Notes: a model not told the origin generated them from the sequence alone. Numbered from the stretch's first letter, positions 10,458 to 20,423 are shown. The stretch: DNA of 64,000 bases from a bacterium (GCA_965221165.1 CBDCRP010000002.1:480001-544000), one strand, 5' to 3'. Numbers and translations: made by a program.

Positions 10458-11861
10458 TCAGGATTTCTTCGGAGGAGCGTGGATTGCCTCGCCGTGGACG
10501 TCGAAAGCCGCTTCCATCACGGCTTCTGAGAGCGTGGGGTGGGCGTGCATGGTCCGCGCCAAGTCCGAGGCGGTGACATTGTGCTGCATGGCGACGGCGG
10601 CCTCGTGCACGATGTCGGCGGCGTGCGCGCCTACGATGTGAACGCCTAGAATGGCGTCATCCCCCGCGTCGGCGATTACTTTCACCTCCCCCTCGATGGC
10701 GCGTTCGGCCTGCGCCTTGCCCAGGGCGCGAACCGCGAACTTGCCCACGCGCACCACATGCCCCGCCTTGGTCGCCTCGTGCTCCGCCATGCCGACGACC
10801 CCGATTTCAGGATGCGTGAAGATGCCGGCCGGAATCGCACGGTAATCCATCCGAATGTCACCGCCCATGGCGTTTTCCGCCGCGGCGACCCCCTCGGCCG
10901 AGGCCACGTGCGCGAGCATGGGCTCGCCCACAACGTCGCCCGCCGCGTAGACGCCCGCCACGTTCGTCTCCATCATCTCGTTCACCTTGATCTCGCCGCG
11001 CGGACCAAGCTCGACGCCGATTCGCTCGAGCCCCAGCCCGTCTGTATTCATCGTCCGGCCCACGGAAACGAGTACGAGGTCGGCGCGTTCCTCCTCGTCT
11101 GAATCTTCGAAGCCGGCGGCCATTGCCCTGCCCTTGCGCGAGACGCTGGTGATCTTCTCACCCAGACGCACCTTGATTTTTTGTTTTCTGAGTTCGCGCG
11201 CCATGAGTTTCGAGACATCCTCATCCCCAAGCGGCAGGACGCGGTCGAGTAGTTCCACCATGGTGACTTCGGCACCCAGTTCTCTATACAGACAGGCGAA
11301 TTCACAGCCGATGACGCCCGCGCCGACGATGAGCACCCTCTTGGGCAGTTTATTCAGATGCACCGCTTGTTCCGAAGAAATGATTTTTTTTCCGTCGATG
11401 GGAAAAGCGGGAATCTGTGCGGGCCTTGAACCGGTGGCGATAATGATCTTATAGGCGGATATTATCTCGTGCTCCCCGCCTTTTCCGCGCACCGAAATTC
11501 TGCCCATATCGAGAATCTCGGCGTCGCCCGCCATGTGGTCTACTCCGTGGGCCTTGAACAGCCCGCCGATTCCCCTTACCAAGCCTGCGACTATCTTGTC
11601 CTTGCGCTCGACCATGGCGGCCAAGTCGGCGCGCACCTCGCCCGTGACCTCGATGCCATAGGCGTCCGCGTTCTTGATGTTCCTGTAAACTTCCGCAGCG
11701 GCGATGAGACTCTTGCTGGGTATGCAGCCCCAGTTCAGGCAGGTGCCGCCCAACTCGTCGCGCTCGATGACCACGCAGCTTCCCCCGCTCTGGGCCACGC
11801 GCACGCCCGCCACGTAGCCCGCCGGTCCGCCGCCGATCACCGCCACGTCATACGCCGCCAT
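10458..11861 (-). CDS. lpdA: Dihydrolipoamide dehydrogenase
   Basis: GGGPAGY, GGTCLNWGCIPSK, HAHPTLSE. Confidence 0.95.
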   Translation of the reverse strand: MAAYDVAVIGGGPAGYVAGVRVAQSGGSCVVIERDELGGTCLNWGCIPSKSLIAAAEVYRNIKNADAYGIEVTGEVRADLAAMVERKDKIVAGLVRGIGGLFKAHGVDHMAGDAEILDMGRISVRGKGGEHEIISAYKIIIATGSRPAQIPAFPIDGKKIISSEQAVHLNKLPKRVLIVGAGVIGCEFACLYRELGAEVTMVELLDRVLPLGDEDVSKLMARELRKQKIKVRLGEKITSVSRKGRAMAAGFEDSDEEERADLVLVSVGRTMNTDGLGLERIGVELGPRGEIKVNEMMETNVAGVYAAGDVVGEPMLAHVASAEGVAAAENAMGGDIRMDYRAIPAGIFTHPEIGVVGMAEHEATKAGHVVRVGKFAVRALGKAQAERAIEGEVKVIADAGDDAILGVHIVGAHAADIVHEAAVAMQHNVTASDLARTMHAHPTLSEAVMEAAFDVHGEAIHAPPKKS

Positions 11862-11996
11862 GCTTCCTCCTTCGGGTAATCCGCTCCACGAACCGAAACC
11901 CAAGCCCATTAGACCAAGGTTCCACGCTCATGCCAAATGGGGGGCGGGATTCATACTAAAACCACACATAAACGGCCTTGACAAGGGGGACGAGAT

Positions 11997-12010
11997 ATTG
12001 TAGCTACAAT
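11997..12010. promoter_or_regulatory. Perfect 14-bp palindrome ATTGTAGCTACAAT, probable antitoxin autoregulatory operator
   Basis: Lies between TTGACA (11978-11983) and the RBS of the DinJ/RelB gene. Confidence 0.6.
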
Positions 12011-12037
12011 GAGGCTACATAATAGGAGGGTACCAAA

Positions 12038-12295
12038 ATGCCGACGGATACGGTCGTGCGCGCCAGAATCGACAGCGAGACCAAAGCCCGCGCCACCGAG
12101 GCGCTGAACGCCATGGGCCTTTCCGTTTCCGATGCGATTCGCCTGCTCATGATGCGCGTGGCGGATGAGCGAAGGCTGCCCTTCGTCGTCCGCGCGCCGA
12201 CCCCCGCCACCCGCAAGGCGATGAAGGAACTCGATGAGGGCAAGGGCAAGCGCTTCGAGAGCGCCGAGGCGCTGTTCGAGGATTTGGGAGCCTGA
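12038..12295 (+). CDS. RelB/DinJ family antitoxin (no adjacent toxin)
   Basis: VVRARID…ATEALNAMGLSVSDAIRL…RLPF ribbon-helix-helix pattern; FESAEALFEDL end. Confidence 0.9.
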   Translation: MPTDTVVRARIDSETKARATEALNAMGLSVSDAIRLLMMRVADERRLPFVVRAPTPATRKAMKELDEGKGKRFESAEALFEDLGA

Positions 12296-12425
12296 CTGAA
12301 CACATACTTCCACTCCACTCCATTCAAGAAATGAATCCTCAGTGAGACCGATTACGCTTTACGATTGACAGCAAGATACGTCATTGTATGGCCGCATCGC
12401 TGGAGTTTCGGGAAGGAGAATCTGA

Positions 12426-13793
12426 ATGCCGTGCGCAGGGATAAATGTAAAATCGGGTGAATCAATTACCATGATCCCTTGTCAGTTTTCGTTCGAATAT
12501 CCAGAAGATGAGTTGATGGAAGTGGACGGCAAACTATTGTGCCACTTCCACGCACCGCTTGAAGATAAGAGCGGCAACCTCACGGATAAGGGGGAATGGA
12601 CGCATCATGAAATAAATGGATTCAATCAGAAAATCCTTACCTTTCAAACAAATACCTTAAAAGCACAAGGAATGCTGAATTTAAGTGGCGTTGTTTTCCC
12701 CGGTGAGGCACGTTTTCAAGAGAGAGAATTTCCTGAAGTTAATTTTTCTCATGCACAATTCAATGGGCATGCCTATTTCTTTTATGCAAAATTCAAAGGG
12801 CATGCAAATTTCTCATTTGCACAATTCAAAGGACAGGCTTCTTTCAACAATGCAAAATTTAAGGGAGGCTACACATTCTTCCTGAATTCGAAGTTTGAAG
12901 AAAATGCCGAATTCGAGACCGCCATTTTCAGCGGCATGGACGTATCCTTTAACAATGTGAAATTCAAAAAGACTGTTAGCTTTCAACATTCTATATTCAG
13001 CAGCGAATCCGCTAAATTTCGAGATGTCGAATTTCACGATTTAACTATTTTCCAAAATGCTCGGTTTGAAGGGCGCGCTGACTTCAGAACGATGGGAAAC
13101 AACAGTGATTTGGATGCATTTCATGACGTTGTTAATTTTGAAGGCGTGGAATTTTTCGACTACGCCATTTTTGAGAATCGAAATTTTCGAAAAAGAACTA
13201 TCTTCAAAAATTGCACCTTTCATAAAGCGCCCCACTTTCATGGCTGTCGCTTCCATCAAGATACAAATTTCACGGATGCCAGATTTTTAGATAACCAAGG
13301 AGATGAAGCAGCCAGGGCATACCGAACGCTGAAACTGGACATGGAACAAAAAAGGGCGCGACAGGAGCAGTTGAGGTTTTACGCCCTGGAGATGAAAAGC
13401 AGGCGCAGTGAAGAAAAAAGGAAATTCTTGAAGTTCATCTCCTGGCTGTATGAAGCAACTTCCGATTACGGCCAGAGGATTTTTTTGCCGCTGGCGTGGC
13501 TGGTGTATTCCTTCCTGGTCTTCGCTTTTTTCTACGCGGCGTATTTCAAGGGACTGACGGATTTGGATGCGGCGAGTATTCTGCCGCGGTCTCTACATTT
13601 CAGCATCAAGCAAATCGTCCGCCCGTTCGGCGTATTCGGCTCTTTATCAAATTCCGGTATTTGGGGGAAAATTCCACCTTCAAGTCTCCTATCCCTGCCC
13701 CTCATTATCGCGGCCACGCTTCAATCGTTCCTGAGTCTCGCCCTACTGCTCCTGAGCGGCCTCGCGGCGCGCTGGCGCTTCAAGATCGGGTGA
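12426..13793 (+). CDS. Pentapeptide-repeat protein with C-terminal membrane segments
   Basis: Repeats of A-x-F-x-x-A-x-F-x-G (e.g. AQFNGHAYF, AKFKGHANF); SDYG followed by hydrophobic helices; AT-rich. Confidence 0.8.
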   Translation: MPCAGINVKSGESITMIPCQFSFEYPEDELMEVDGKLLCHFHAPLEDKSGNLTDKGEWTHHEINGFNQKILTFQTNTLKAQGMLNLSGVVFPGEARFQEREFPEVNFSHAQFNGHAYFFYAKFKGHANFSFAQFKGQASFNNAKFKGGYTFFLNSKFEENAEFETAIFSGMDVSFNNVKFKKTVSFQHSIFSSESAKFRDVEFHDLTIFQNARFEGRADFRTMGNNSDLDAFHDVVNFEGVEFFDYAIFENRNFRKRTIFKNCTFHKAPHFHGCRFHQDTNFTDARFLDNQGDEAARAYRTLKLDMEQKRARQEQLRFYALEMKSRRSEEKRKFLKFISWLYEATSDYGQRIFLPLAWLVYSFLVFAFFYAAYFKGLTDLDAASILPRSLHFSIKQIVRPFGVFGSLSNSGIWGKIPPSSLLSLPLIIAATLQSFLSLALLLLSGLAARWRFKIG

Positions 13794-14061
13794 GGGAAAT
13801 AGGGCCGATGCGCAACCGCTTACTTCACCCGAGCGCCCGAGCAATCCAGCGCGTGCCTATCGGGTCGACCACCGAATTTTCTCCCGCGGGAACTATGCAT
13901 TTCCCCGTATCACCATCTGGTCGTGATGGGACGAAATCAACAGGATAAATCCGGATCTTAGAGCGGCGAAATCAGGTCTATAATTTCTGAAAATAAGTGA
14001 AAAATAGTAAAAAATAAGACAAATATCTGAAAAATTCTGAAAATTTATCGCACGCGGGTGG

Positions 14062-14126
14062 TTATCCACATAAATACACAATATTTGGGGATACCGTGTG
14101 GGTAAGTTCATATATTTTGTGGATAT
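14062..14126. promoter_or_regulatory. DnaA-box cluster
   Basis: TTATCCACA perfect (14062-14070); one-mismatch boxes on - strand at 14097-14105 and 14118-14126. Confidence 0.6.
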
Positions 14127-14209
14127 CGATTTTTTTTATATTGACAGAGGGGAACAAAGCATACTACATTTAGTGTTACGAGTTGGTTTCGTCATACTAA
14201 ATATGTCCC
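14076..14209 (+). promoter_or_regulatory. NrdR-box-like operators and sigma70-type promoter of nrdJ
   Basis: ATACTACATTTAGTGT (14161-14176) and ACACAATATTTGGGGA (14076-14091) resemble acaCwAtATaTwGtgt; weaker partners 31-33 bp downstream of each; TTGACA at 14141. Confidence 0.65.
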
Positions 14210-14246
14210 CGACATAGCGGGGCGCCTTTAGCGGAGGAGACAGGGA

Positions 14247-17200
14247 GTGGAGTTTACGAGGCGTTTTACCCGGGCCGGAGATGAGGCGTATAGCGACATT
14301 CGTTTCGCGCCGCGCACCTCACGCATCACCAACCCGGACGGCTCGGTCGTCTTCGAAGCCAAGGATATCATGGCGCCGGAGAACTGGTCCCAGGTGGCCG
14401 TCGACATTCTGGCGCAAAAATACTTCCGAAAAGCTGGCGTTCCCGCGCATTCGAAAAAGATTCACGAAGAAGGAGTGCCCGAGTGGCTGCAGCGCTCGGA
14501 GCCAGACACGGAGAAACTCGAACCCTTGCCCGAAGCCGAGCGATTCGGAAGCGAGCGAGACGCCCGGGACGTTTTCCATCGCATGGCGGGATGCTGGACG
14601 TACTGGGGCTGGAAACACGGTTACTTTCATACAGAGGACAACGCCAAGGCGTTTTATGAGGAGCTTTTATACATACTTGCGAGCCAGATGGCTGCTCCCA
14701 ACTCGCCGCAGTGGTTCAATACGGGCCTGCACTGGGCCTACGGCATTACACGCCCTGCCCAGGGCCACTTCTATTGCGATCCCGAGACGGGGGAAATACT
14801 CCGCTCCGTGAATGCTTACGAGCGTCCCCAGCCACATGCGTGCTTCATACAATCGGTAAAAGATGATCTCGTCAACGAAGGCGGAATCATGGATTTATGG
14901 ACGCGCGAAGCGCGCATCTTCAAGTACGGCTCGGGAACCGGCACGAATTTCTCGAGCCTGAGAGCGGACGGAGAATCGCTATCGGGAGGTGGGAAAAGCT
15001 CCGGCCTCATGAGTTTCCTGAAGATTGGAGACCGCGCCGCGGGCGCCATCAAGTCAGGCGGCACGACGCGCCGGGCGGCGAAAATGGTTACACTCGACAT
15101 AGACCATCCCGACATCGAGGAATTCATCAACTGGAAGGTGAACGAAGAACAGAAAGTGGCCTCTCTGGTATCAGGCAGCAAGATGTGCAGCCGACATATG
15201 AACGCCATTCTCGGGGCTTGCTTGGAGGGGGAGAACCTGGGCTTGAATGGCAACTTTCATCAGCCGGATAAAAATCCATCACTCGCCAAAGCGATACGCG
15301 CCGCAAGGCTCGCCGGTGTTCCGGACAATTACATTCATCGAACCCTTCAACTCGCACGTCAAGACATCACCGAGGTCGAGTTCGAGGAATTCGACACGAA
15401 TTGGGAAGGCGAGGCCTACACTTCAGTGTCCGGGCAAAACTCGAACAATTCCATACGTGTTTCGGATGGATTCATGGAAGCCGTCGAGAAAAACACGGAC
15501 TGGAACCTGATTCGGCGTACCGATGGCGAAATCGCCGCCTCCGTCAATTCAAAAGAACTTTGGGAACAGATTGGATATGCGGCGTGGTGCTGTGCAGACC
15601 CCGGTCTTCAATTCGACACGACTATCAACGACTGGCATACATGCGCCGCCGATGGGCGCATCAATGGTTCCAATCCTTGCTCGGAATACATGTTCTTGGA
15701 TGACACCGCATGCAATCTGGCGTCCATGAACCTCATGAAATTCCTGGATATCGACAAGAATCATTTTCGGGTAGAAGACTATCGCCACGTTATTCGCCTA
15801 TTGACGGTTGTCCTCGAAATTTCAGTGCTTATGGCGCAATTCCCCAGTGAGGAAATAGCCAAACGCTCATATGAGTATCGAACCTTGGGACTTGGATACG
15901 CCAACCTGGGCACCGTGTTGATGGTTCTCGGCATCCCTTACGATTCGCCGGAAGCAGAAGCATGGTGCGGCGCTCTCACTTCCATCATGACGGGTTGCTC
16001 GTATGCCACCAGCGCCGAGATGGCGGGGGAACTGGGAGCTTTCGCAAGGTATCAGGATAATCAAGAACACATGTTGCGCGTTCTGAGAAACCATCGCCGC
16101 GCAGCTTATTCCGTGCCTGAAGCCGAATACGAAATGCTCTCTAAAGCGCCCAAAGGAATCGCTGCGGAAATCTGCCCGCATTACCTTCTTGATGCGGCGC
16201 GCGAAGCGTGGGATGACGCTTTAGCCATTGGCTATCGAAACGGTTACCGGAATGCGCAAACCACCGTTATCGCCCCGACAGGCACCATCGGTTTGGTCAT
16301 GGACTGCGACACAACGGGAATCGAACCGGATTTCGCTCTGGTGAAATTCAAAAAACTGGCCGGAGGCGGTTATTTCAAGATCATCAACCAGTCTGTTCCC
16401 GTTGCTCTGCGGCATATGGGCTATGCCGACGAGGAGGTTCGCGAAATCGTCGCTTACTGCCGAGGGCGAGGCACTCTCACGAATGCGCCTCACATCAATC
16501 CAGAGTCTTTGCACGCGAAAGGATTTACCGGTAAGGCTCTCGAAAAGGTGGAAGCCGCACTAGAAGGGGCATTTGAAATCCAGTTCGCCTTCAACAAATA
16601 CTCCCTCGGTGAAGATTTTTGTCGTGAGGAATTAGACCTCAGTGAAGCGCAGATGGCCGACTGGAATCTGAATCTGCTTGAAGCCATTGGTTTTACCCCA
16701 GAGCAAATAAGCGAAGCGAATGATTTCGTTTGCGGCAAAATGACGCTAGAAGGCGCACCTCACCTAAAAGAAGAACATTTGGCTGTTTTTGATTGTGCAA
16801 GCAAATGCGGGAAAGAAGGCAAGCGCTTCATCAGTCCCATGGCACACGTCCGGATGATGGCGGCGGCGCAGCCCTTCATATCGGGCGCCATCAGCAAGAC
16901 CATCAACATGCCCGCAGAATCCACGATCCAAGATATCTTAAGCATCTACCATGAATCGTGGCAGCGGATGACCAAAGCCATTGCAATTTACCGCGATGGT
17001 TCCAAACTGAGCCAGCCGCTTTCCGCGCAAAGCGAAGCGGAACTCTTCAATGACATCGGTGAAGAAGAAACAACTGCTGACCAAAGCGCTCCGGTTCGCG
17101 TCGCCCAGCAAATTGTGCGCCGGATTATTTACCAATCCAGAAGACGCAAGCTGCCCACCCGCCGTGGTGGCTACACGCAAAAAGCCGTCATCGGCGGACA

Positions 17201-17840
17201 CAAAGTCTATCTTAGAACCGGGGAATATGAAGACGGCTCCATCGGCGAAATTTTTATAGATATGCACAAAGAAGGCGCTGCCTTCAGAAGCCTCATGAAT
17301 TGTTTCGCCATCGCAATTTCGCTGGGTCTTCAGCACGGCGTACCATTGGATGAGTTCGTGGATGCTTTCCTCTTCACGCGTTTCGAGCCGGGCGGTATGG
17401 TCTCGGGCAACCCGCATATCAAGATGAGTACATCTATCATCGATTACATTTTCCGTGAGCTGGCCGTTTCATATCTCGGGCGCCACGACCTTGCACAAGT
17501 CGTGTCAGAAGACCTGAGAAGCGATACTATTGGGCGACCTCAAGAAGAGATTCCGGAGTTCGATACAGAAGAAGAGGAAGAGATTCGAACCATAATCCCA
17601 GGACCGGATGCAAGCGCACCACGCAGTGACCGAGTAAGTTTGAATTATGACAAAGAAACCTCTAGTGCCTCGATGGCACCTCTAACAAAAGCAAGTTCCG
17701 CTCTTGATTCCCGTATCGAAGAAGCCCGCGCTAAAGGATACGAGGGTGAAGCATGTGGTGATTGTGGTTTATTCACCTTGGTGAGAAACGGCACATGCCT
17801 GAAGTGCATGACTTGTGGCGCTACGAGCGGATGTTCTTAA
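14247..17840 (+). CDS. nrdJ: Adenosylcobalamin-dependent (class II) ribonucleotide reductase
   Basis: [23 protein letters not shown] thiyl Cys, [16 protein letters not shown]-terminal TSCPD-like domain with CxxC…CxxC…GCS. Confidence 0.97.
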   Translation: MEFTRRFTRAGDEAYSDIRFAPRTSRITNPDGSVVFEAKDIMAPENWSQVAVDILAQKYFRKAGVPAHSKKIHEEGVPEWLQRSEPDTEKLEPLPEAERFGSERDARDVFHRMAGCWTYWGWKHGYFHTEDNAKAFYEELLYILASQMAAPNSPQWFNTGLHWAYGITRPAQGHFYCDPETGEILRSVNAYERPQPHACFIQSVKDDLVNEGGIMDLWTREARIFKYGSGTGTNFSSLRADGESLSGGGKSSGLMSFLKIGDRAAGAIKSGGTTRRAAKMVTLDIDHPDIEEFINWKVNEEQKVASLVSGSKMCSRHMNAILGACLEGENLGLNGNFHQPDKNPSLAKAIRAARLAGVPDNYIHRTLQLARQDITEVEFEEFDTNWEGEAYTSVSGQNSNNSIRVSDGFMEAVEKNTDWNLIRRTDGEIAASVNSKELWEQIGYAAWCCADPGLQFDTTINDWHTCAADGRINGSNPCSEYMFLDDTACNLASMNLMKFLDIDKNHFRVEDYRHVIRLLTVVLEISVLMAQFPSEEIAKRSYEYRTLGLGYANLGTVLMVLGIPYDSPEAEAWCGALTSIMTGCSYATSAEMAGELGAFARYQDNQEHMLRVLRNHRRAAYSVPEAEYEMLSKAPKGIAAEICPHYLLDAAREAWDDALAIGYRNGYRNAQTTVIAPTGTIGLVMDCDTTGIEPDFALVKFKKLAGGGYFKIINQSVPVALRHMGYADEEVREIVAYCRGRGTLTNAPHINPESLHAKGFTGKALEKVEAALEGAFEIQFAFNKYSLGEDFCREELDLSEAQMADWNLNLLEAIGFTPEQISEANDFVCGKMTLEGAPHLKEEHLAVFDCASKCGKEGKRFISPMAHVRMMAAAQPFISGAISKTINMPAESTIQDILSIYHESWQRMTKAIAIYRDGSKLSQPLSAQSEAELFNDIGEEETTADQSAPVRVAQQIVRRIIYQSRRRKLPTRRGGYTQKAVIGGHKVYLRTGEYEDGSIGEIFIDMHKEGAAFRSLMNCFAIAISLGLQHGVPLDEFVDAFLFTRFEPGGMVSGNPHIKMSTSIIDYIFRELAVSYLGRHDLAQVVSEDLRSDTIGRPQEEIPEFDTEEEEEIRTIIPGPDASAPRSDRVSLNYDKETSSASMAPLTKASSALDSRIEEARAKGYEGEACGDCGLFTLVRNGTCLKCMTCGATSGCS

Positions 17841-17849
17841 AAATTACTA

Positions 17850-18150
17850 CCCGTCGTGGGGAAAACGGGCGGACTCTGCGACGGGACGAGAGTCGGGGGA
17901 GAATCCTCGGAGGGCTATCCCCCGACTCTCACCAAAATAGGGTTTCAGGAAATTTTCTTGTTGCGGGGGAAACGGGCGGACTCTGCAGCAAGACCGGGGG
18001 CCGGGGATAATACACCTCGGGGGTTGAGTTTCCGGCCCCCACTTAAATTCAATGGTGATTTTCTGCTGCGGGGGAAACGGGCGGACTCTGCGGCAGGCCG
18101 AGAGCCGATGGAGCCTCCTAGTGGGAGTCTTCATCGGCTCTCCCTTTTTC
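17850..18150 (+). ncRNA. Tandem array of three ~105-bp two-hairpin units (candidate structured RNA)
   Basis: Conserved core GGGG(A/G)AAACGGGCGGACTCTGC three times inside different but self-complementary stems; each is followed by a second hairpin; the last ends in a T-run. Confidence 0.6.
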
Positions 18151-18159
18151 GGTAGTGTC

Positions 18160-19035
18160 TCACTTTGAAATCTTCTTCTTGTAAGGGCCACGCGGACCCG
18201 GCTTCGGTTCCCGCGCTTCAATGAGTTCGAGTATCCAGTTCATATCGCGCAATTCAGAATCAAGGCCAGCGGCCATCGCTGGCGTAACCCGCAAACTTTT
18301 GTGGATGCGGCAAAAGTTATAGTGCACGAAATACAACGATAGCATGTGGATATGATTCTCAAGTTTCTTCGAGAAGCCATTCGTTAGACGAGTGAAACGG
18401 CGCATACACATTCTCATGGTGAGGTTTTGTCTTTCAGCGTAGCTGGTGGAGATATGCGCCGGATCGGCCATTCCGGTTACCATCGACATTCGAGTTCCAA
18501 TACATTCAGAAGGGCTGTATCTCCCATCCTTCTCTGATTGACCATATAGCTTCACTAGCATGGCGTAATCAACATCATCCCCAAAGGCATCTTCAACCGC
18601 GTCAAGATATGCCTTGTGGCCGTCTGTGGTCACCTGAACGCGGTTTGCGAGTCTTTCCTTTACATCGGCCATGAACTCATTCGCATAGCCGCTATCACGA
18701 CCGCCTACGAGATAAGAGACAATCAGTTTGCTATCGGCATCTAAAGCCGTCCACGTCCACACGTCACCCGCATCTTCCGGTGCGGCTTCGGCAGTCGCCA
18801 CGTTCTTTTGCTTCGCATAGACAAACGACCATATCTCATCGCACTGGATTCTCTTTGACTTCACATTGCGAACTTGGTGGTCGTGAAATTCTGCGCAAGC
18901 CTCTCCCGCTTTGATGAGCAGTTTCGTCACAGTGTTGATGGACGCGCCCGTTACGCGGGAGATTGCCCGCATGGACATTCCCTCGATAAGAAGGTTGAGT
19001 ATTTGGATTCTTTTATCTGTGTGTAATTTGTTCAT
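18160..19035 (-). CDS. IS1-family DDE transposase (single ORF)
   Basis: HTH (GMSMRAISRVTGASINTV), IQCDEIWSFV, TTDG, ERQNLTMR, RFTRLTNGFSKK; stop codon inside IR. Confidence 0.9.
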   Translation of the reverse strand: MNKLHTDKRIQILNLLIEGMSMRAISRVTGASINTVTKLLIKAGEACAEFHDHQVRNVKSKRIQCDEIWSFVYAKQKNVATAEAAPEDAGDVWTWTALDADSKLIVSYLVGGRDSGYANEFMADVKERLANRVQVTTDGHKAYLDAVEDAFGDDVDYAMLVKLYGQSEKDGRYSPSECIGTRMSMVTGMADPAHISTSYAERQNLTMRMCMRRFTRLTNGFSKKLENHIHMLSLYFVHYNFCRIHKSLRVTPAMAAGLDSELRDMNWILELIEAREPKPGPRGPYKKKISK

Positions 19036-19041
19036 ACATAT

Positions 19042-19070
19042 AATATATGAACTTTATTGCTTAGTGTCAA
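19042..19070 (-). promoter_or_regulatory. Consensus sigma70 promoter of the transposase (probably leaderless mRNA)
   Basis: TTGACA-17bp-TATATT on - strand ending 6 bp before the ATG; no SD. Confidence 0.6.
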
Positions 19071-19080
19071 GTGCAAAGTG

Positions 19081-19344
19081 CTACTCTTTGGAAAAAACTT
19101 CCGAATTAAATGGAGTCAGGTTTTTCCATTTGCGGTCATCGCTTTTTAACCACTCTTCATCATAGTGGTAGACACGACTTTTGTGGTGCCCACATATTAT
19201 TTCTACCGCCGACGAATCGCCTGCTTCTAGCTTTTCTGCATTCTCTTCATCTGTGATGAAATATCCAGTCTCGTTCTCATCTAAAATCACTCCCACGAAA
19301 ACATCATCGAAAGCGCATCTGACGATTACCTTTTCTCCACGCAT
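19081..19344 (-). CDS. Hypothetical IS passenger protein (87 aa)
   Basis: GGAGA RBS, acidic, directly upstream of the transposase. Confidence 0.55.
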   Translation of the reverse strand: MRGEKVIVRCAFDDVFVGVILDENETGYFITDEENAEKLEAGDSSAVEIICGHHKSRVYHYDEEWLKSDDRKWKNLTPFNSEVFSKE

Positions 19345-19516
19345 CTCAAATCTCCATTTGGGCGAGGTTCAAACCTTGCCCATTCTACCAGTGCCACAAA
19401 GTAGATTCAAAAAAAGTCTAATTTTTACGATTTATGGTATTGACTCTATGGCACATACCGTTAATATCTATCAGATGTTAATGGTAATGGCACAACTCTA
19501 ATGTGAGGAATTTAAT

Positions 19517-20212
19517 ATGAGCGACGAAGCCGGATCCAAAACACCCGCCCCGCCATATTTGGCGTTCATTACTTTTCTGGGATTCATAGAGTCGATGGCG
19601 ACCATTGGTCTCCCGCATCAGATCGACAAGAGCATCATGAAAAATATGTCTGGCGCAAATCAAAATTGGACGCTTAGTTGCCTGAAATATCTCAAACTGA
19701 CCTCAGAAGGAAATAGGCCTACAGATAAATTCAAACAACTCGTTTCGGTGGATGGCGAAAACAGAAAAGAACTGATGAAGGATATCATAATCAACGCATA
19801 TCCTTTCATATTCAGCGCAGAAGGATTTGATATTAAGACCGCTACGGAAAAACTACTTAATGAGCAATTTGACAGTACAGGGGTGGTAGGCGATACGAAA
19901 AAAAAATCTGTCAGATTCTTCATGAATGCGGTGAAGCATGTAGGTATAGAAATTTCGCCTTATCTGGATCAAATGAAACTCCGAGCCAGGACACCCACAA
20001 AAAACAAAAAAACAAAACGTCCTCTAGGAACCAATGGAAATAACAAGACGAAAGATAAAGAGCCACAAGAGCCGCCAGAAAAGGAGAAAGACACATCCTC
20101 CGACAGTAATTTCAATCAATCTCTCCTAGACAAGATTCCTCCGTTCAATCCTGAATGGACTGAGGAAACTTTGATTAAGTGGCTGGATACAATTAGCAAA
20201 CTGAAAGGGTAA
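19517..20212 (+). CDS. DUF5343-like IS passenger protein
   Basis: PPY…P..ID…LKYLKL..GNRPT N-terminal pattern typical of DUF5343; GAGGA RBS; TTGACT-16-TAATAT promoter at 19440-19467. Confidence 0.6.
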   Translation: MSDEAGSKTPAPPYLAFITFLGFIESMATIGLPHQIDKSIMKNMSGANQNWTLSCLKYLKLTSEGNRPTDKFKQLVSVDGENRKELMKDIIINAYPFIFSAEGFDIKTATEKLLNEQFDSTGVVGDTKKKSVRFFMNAVKHVGIEISPYLDQMKLRARTPTKNKKTKRPLGTNGNNKTKDKEPQEPPEKEKDTSSDSNFNQSLLDKIPPFNPEWTEETLIKWLDTISKLKG

Positions 20213-20217
20213 AAACA

Positions 20218-20246
20218 CCCCCTGATGGAGGTAAGCCATCAGGGGG
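20218..20246. terminator. Strong 11-bp hairpin between the DUF5343-like gene and the tRNA-like genes
   Basis: CCCCCTGATGG-aggtaag-CCATCAGGGGG; T-run follows on the - strand. Confidence 0.6.
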
Positions 20247-20255
20247 GGATGAAAC

Positions 20256-20331
20256 GGCCCCGTCGCCAAGTGGTTAAGGCGCGCCTCTGGCAAGAGCGTA
20301 TACGCCGGTTCGATTCCGGTCGGGGCCTCCA
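20256..20331 (+). tRNA. Irregular tRNA: Cys-like body, GGC (Ala) anticodon
   Basis: 76-nt cloverleaf: acceptor GGCCCCG/CGGGGCC, U73, CCA; D-arm GCCAAGTGGTTAAGGC; loop CT-GGC-AA; C30-A40 mismatch. Confidence 0.75.
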
Positions 20332-20344
20332 AATGAGATTGAGT

Positions 20345-20417
20345 GGGGGGTGTGGATGGTTCCCAGGTCAGGACTTAGGCCCCCGTCCTTGGGGTTCGAT
20401 TCCCCAACCCTCCACCA
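20345..20417 (+). ncRNA. tRNA-like RNA with alanyl acceptor (G3:U70, A73) and aberrant D/anticodon arms
   Basis: Acceptor GGGGGGT/ACCCTCC-ACCA; T-arm TGGGG-TTCGATT-CCCCA; mini D-arm GGA-TGGT-TCC; AGGAC/GTCCT arm with 10-nt loop. Confidence 0.65.
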
Positions 20418-20423
20418 ATCTCA

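Noticed and set aside
13800-14246. Cobalamin riboswitch upstream of nrdJ
   Set aside because: No B12-box or conserved core recognised; the region is better explained by DnaA/NrdR sites and a promoter.
17850-18150. CRISPR array
   Set aside because: Only three units with ~105-bp period, the intervening sequences are themselves structured hairpins, the stems covary rather than repeat, and there are no cas genes in the window.
20345-20417. tmRNA, tRNA-Sec or tRNA-Pyl
   Set aside because: No mRNA-like domain or tag ORF, no UCA/CUA anticodon in a proper loop, and no long variable arm or 8-bp acceptor stem.
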